NCBI GenBank assembly: GCA_039096225.1
Contig: JBBPEB010000004.1
Span: forward strand, 868,001 to 932,000
Direction: 5' to 3'
Origin: Blastocystis sp. Blastoise
Taxonomy: Eukaryota > Protista > Bigyra: Opalinata
DNA: 64,000 nucleotides
Made by a program: the position numbers and the translations under genes
Part shown: in pieces, positions 59,706-64,000 of the stretch
How the letters are laid out: every line of letters begins with the position of its first letter
Numbering within the stretch: the stretch's first letter is position 1
The notes under the pieces: model-generated
Seen by the model: the letters and a program-made list of their open reading frames with translations, nothing else
What the model was told of the DNA's origin: nothing
Database searches by the model: none

Positions 59706-60747
59706 TAGTATAAATAGCCACATAATATATATATATTAATAATTATTGTTAAAATCAAATATACATATACTTATAATTATAATATATATATATATACCTA
59801 TTTTGATAATTATCATCTAAGAATCGTGATTGAAGTGAGAAATCATTGGTATTCATAGAAAAAGATTGATCTAAAAATGAAGAATTTAAATTTGAGAAAA
59901 AATTGATATTATTTGAAGTAGGAGAGAGACCGTCATTGAGGGATAAAGAGGGACTAAGGCTATTTGTGTTTTCCGAGCTATTATCACATGGAATAGTATT
60001 CATATTATTTTTATTTATAATATTATTAGTAGTATTTATATTTAAATATGCAGATGATTTATATAGATCTCTAGTAGCATCTACAGAATACGATCTAGAT
60101 AAAGTAGGAAGAGTGTCTTTATGACTTTGTAGAGCATCTAAAGTAGTTGGAGAATCGTAAGAAACACGATCTAAATTTAATTTAGATCCAAATAATTCTA
60201 CCTTCTATATATAATGATATTATGAATAATTATTCTTTATTAAAATAACTAGAATTCTTTAAATATATGATCAATATAAACTATACTTTAGAACTATCTA
60301 ACTTTTGAAGATATTTTTGAGCATGTGTACGAACTTGAACAATTGTTCTAGTTTCAATCTATTTAATAAATTATAATTATATTATACAGTTAATAATATT
60401 AAGATTGTATTTAATTTTATTTAAAAAAAATATTTTATTTAAAAAAATATATATACACAACTAGCAATTTTCTTCCAATCCCTACCAAACTTTTCTAATC
60501 CTTTTAAAAATAATTCATGCTCTTCTTTAGTCCATCTTCCTTGATTTTCCTTTCCAACTTTTAAAGAGAACTTTGGTTTACGATTCTGTTGACTTTGCGT
60601 AGGTAAAGAATAGGAAAATGAGTTTGATCCCTCCGGAATATAACATGTCTCAGTCTGAAATTGACCAAGAGAAGAAGAACTAAATGGTTGTCTATAATTT
60701 CATATGCTCATAATTACATACGAAGCAATGCTATCGAAAAAAGACAT
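59421..60747 (-). CDS. SHAQKYF-class single-repeat MYB transcription factor
   Basis: ATG 60747 and a 30-nt first intron. GRWTKEEHELFLKGLEKFGRDWKKIAS splices to IETRTIVQVRTHAQKYLQKL. Ser/Asn-rich tail; TAA at 59421-59423. Confidence 0.92.
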
Positions 60748-61288
60748 GAGAAAAGAATGTAGAACGAATTATAAGGAATGTGGTAAAAACAAAATGCAAG
60801 TTTTTCTATGTATTTCTTCGTGAAGAATAAACTATTCTGGGAAAAATATTTAGAATAACCGAAAAACGAAATTATTTCATGAAAATATTTGTGTTTTCTT
60901 TTTTTGAATATTCATTTTGTACAATACAACATCACATATCCATAGATAAAGATTAGATTTATATGCTTCATTTGATATTTTGTCTATGAGATAAAAATGA
61001 AAAGGAATTATGGAAATATGAAAAAGTATATAATGGATTAGTTCAAGCCTACTATGTTTTTTATATGTTGAAATCATTATAGTATAAAGATATTTAAAGG
61101 TATTTAAGGGATATAAATTTAAATAGTCAATATAAAATGATAATCAAAATAATTTATAAAGTTGAGATAGAATACAAAACCACAGTTATATCATTTAATA
61201 TGAGTATTCTAGAATGATATTTTAATTGAAAAAAAATTGAGAAAAGTAAAAAGTTAAAACAAATTAGAAAAAGACACATCATAATGTA

Positions 61289-63921
61289 CTATTTAAAATA
61301 TCGAGAGAATTCAGTGATAATAGTTATCATAATAAGAACATTCCTTATCAATTTTCCAGATCCTAATAGTCTGTATTTATAAGAATAAGCATAATTAAAC
61401 CATTTCCACTTGAATCCTATCCAATAGAGAAGCCAAAGAATAAGTATTTGAATAAATGAGATAAATAAGAACAATGGAATACACGTGAGATATTGAGAAG
61501 AAGGATAAGAAAAGAGGAAAAGATAAAGTAGCCAAAAACCAAGTTGTAATAATCCTTCAGCATATACAAAAGTAATAGTATCCATACAATAGATGTATTT
61601 CTTGTAAATAACACTATAATATGCTTTTACATATTGAAATAAAACATCATTCTACATATATATAGAAATTATATTGGAGTATATATATATTTTTTTTTTT
61701 AAAGAAAAAGAAAAATAATAAGTAATATAATTTATAAAGGGAATTCAAATAATAATTATAAATTATAATAATATACTTGTGCCTGAACAACGCGTTGTGG
61801 TAGACATAATAATGCGAACATATAGAGTATGATAGAGAAGAAAATATAGGGTTGAGTAGTGAAATGTATCCATCTTTTGCAGATGAATTCGGAGATTGGA
61901 GGAAGGAATTCATATTTTCGTTCAAGGAATAGATATCGTTCTTTTGGATTAAGAATATTTTTAAGATATTCTCCATTGAATTCGATGAAATATCCATAGA
62001 TATAGCTACAGATTAATAATAAGAAAAGTATACAATTTGTAATAGAAGAGAAAAGAGGAATAAAAGATCCAAAATTAGTTTTTAATAATATAGATTGAAA
62101 AGTAGTTTTTGGTTTTATATATTTATTCTTATAAGAGATAATACGAGATTGTTCATTAGATTCACCCATACGATCTACTACTTTAATTTTCAATTTATGG
62201 GTTTTATTACTATAAAATAAATATATTATTATAATAAATAAATAAATATATATATATATATACTCTATAGTTAAAGGTGTAAAAGAATGTTGATATATAT
62301 TATTATTATTTTTATTTAATGGAGAAATAAAAGTAGCAATTGTATCATCAATATAACTAAATATAGTTATTATTTAATAATTATGTTATAATATGTTATG
62401 ATATTGTATAATATAATATAATAATATAATAGAATAATAATATAATAGAATAAAATAGAATAAACATTTCATACACAATAATTTCTTTTAATTCTAAATT
62501 AGTAAATAAATATATAGTAATATCAATTGATATTCTTCCTTTTGTTTCACTGATATCAGCTTCAAAAACATTTCTTAAATGTTTATGTATATAATTAATA
62601 TTCTTATGACAATCCTATTCAATAAAAGAATTATAATAATTATAATTATATATATACAGGTGGAGAAAGAATAGCAAAAATAGGTCCTTTCATATATATA
62701 GACATATCAGTAGAAGATAAAATATCATTATATATCGTATATACACGAAACCTATATTTATTATTATTCATAATAATATATAAATAAAAATACATTTTAT
62801 GATATTGAAAATCAACTAATTCTTGCTCTAATAAATTATAAGAATGAATACACTATATATATTATAGTTAAAATATATATAATTCTTATATATATATATA
62901 TACAGATAAATTATTTCCTAATAATTGATGAATATGTCCACATAAATATAATTGACAAGGATAATGTAATAGTAATTGAGGTAAAGTATATCCTGAAGTC
63001 GATTTCGTACTTAAATTCATTGTAAACAAAGGATAATGACAAAATAATACATTATATGTATAATAACTAGAAATTATTTTATTTTATATATATTGTTATT
63101 TTATATATATTGTTATTTTATATATATTGTTATTTTATATTTATATATTATATTATATTATATATATATATTATATATATATATACGTTCCATTTTGTAA
63201 TACTAATTCTAAATGATCTAAAATATCTTTTGTCAACCAACCACAAAAATATCGTAAAGGAGGACGATTTGCATCTATACCTATAAACCGAATAGACTTC
63301 GTTCCAAATGAAAAACTCTTCTCATATCTATTTTTATATTATTATTATTTATTTTATTATTTATTAATCAAATAAATTAAATAAATCAAATAAATTAAAT
63401 AAATTAAAAAAAAAACAATAATAGCTATATACACAGAATCAAAACCTTCATAACCAAATACAGAATGACTTTTTGAATAATCTACACCTAAAGGTCTTAC
63501 ATCACGACAATCATGATTACCACGAACATCCAACCATTTATCAGAAGTAAAATAACCATATTCCTTCAATGTCTCCGAATATCTATATATATATATTATT
63601 CATATCCACTTATATCATCATATTATTATTCTATATAACTTTTCAAACATAATATATTCTTCATATTCTTATTATATCTATATACATCTTCCATTCATCG
63701 ACTACTTGCTCACCAAGTTTAGAAGGACCAATAGAATCTGTTATATCTCCTGTTGTAACAACTAAATCAGGTTTGATAATAGATATATCTTCTTTTAAAA
63801 AATGATCAAACAATTCATTTTTCGTATTATCTTCTGATGCGCTAATATGAAAGTCTGTTGCATGTATAAAACAATAAAAATCACGTTTTGACATCAACTT
63901 TGACAATCGACTTTTCGGCAT
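61289..63921 (-). CDS. TMEM62: TMEM62-like calcineurin-like metallophosphoesterase with C-terminal TM segments
   Basis: FIHATDFHIS, PDLVVTTGDITD, WLDVRGNHD, FCHYPL and YLCGHIH motifs, followed by hydrophobic C-terminal exons. Start and stop are both uncertain. Confidence 0.82.
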
Positions 63922-64000
63922 ACCCTTTTTGAAATATTGAACAACATTAAAAAACAATTTACTCTGTTTAATGAATAAGAAAGTATTCAAAAATTATTTT

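Overview
Very AT-rich eukaryotic (protist-like) genomic DNA with short GT-AG introns rich in (TA)n. The gene style suggests a Blastocystis-like stramenopile, but this is inference only. Nine host genes were reconstructed by hand: a type I membrane protein, an RBR+ZZ E3 ligase, a SCYL1-like pseudokinase, two BTB-like/LRR genes built from 87-90-nt phase-1 exons, a ~5,200-aa midasin-like AAA+/vWA protein, a membrane aspartic protease with degenerate catalytic motifs, a SHAQKYF MYB factor and a TMEM62-like phosphoesterase. About 31% of the window is DNA transposon. One is a 2.8-kb non-autonomous TIR element (40-bp TIRs, ATAA TSD). The other is a 17.2-kb block that looks like a tandem duplication but is an 8.6-kb CACTA element inserted into the left TIR of a near-identical copy (nested GAT and TAT TSDs). 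The CACTA element has no recognisable transposase. On its minus strand it carries short spliced exons, then a ~3.8-kb pyrimidine-rich tract ending at a compact tRNA-like cloverleaf, then a second spliced unit whose ATG-initiated frame is broken only by TAA/TAG. Two host genes also show candidate in-frame TAG codons.
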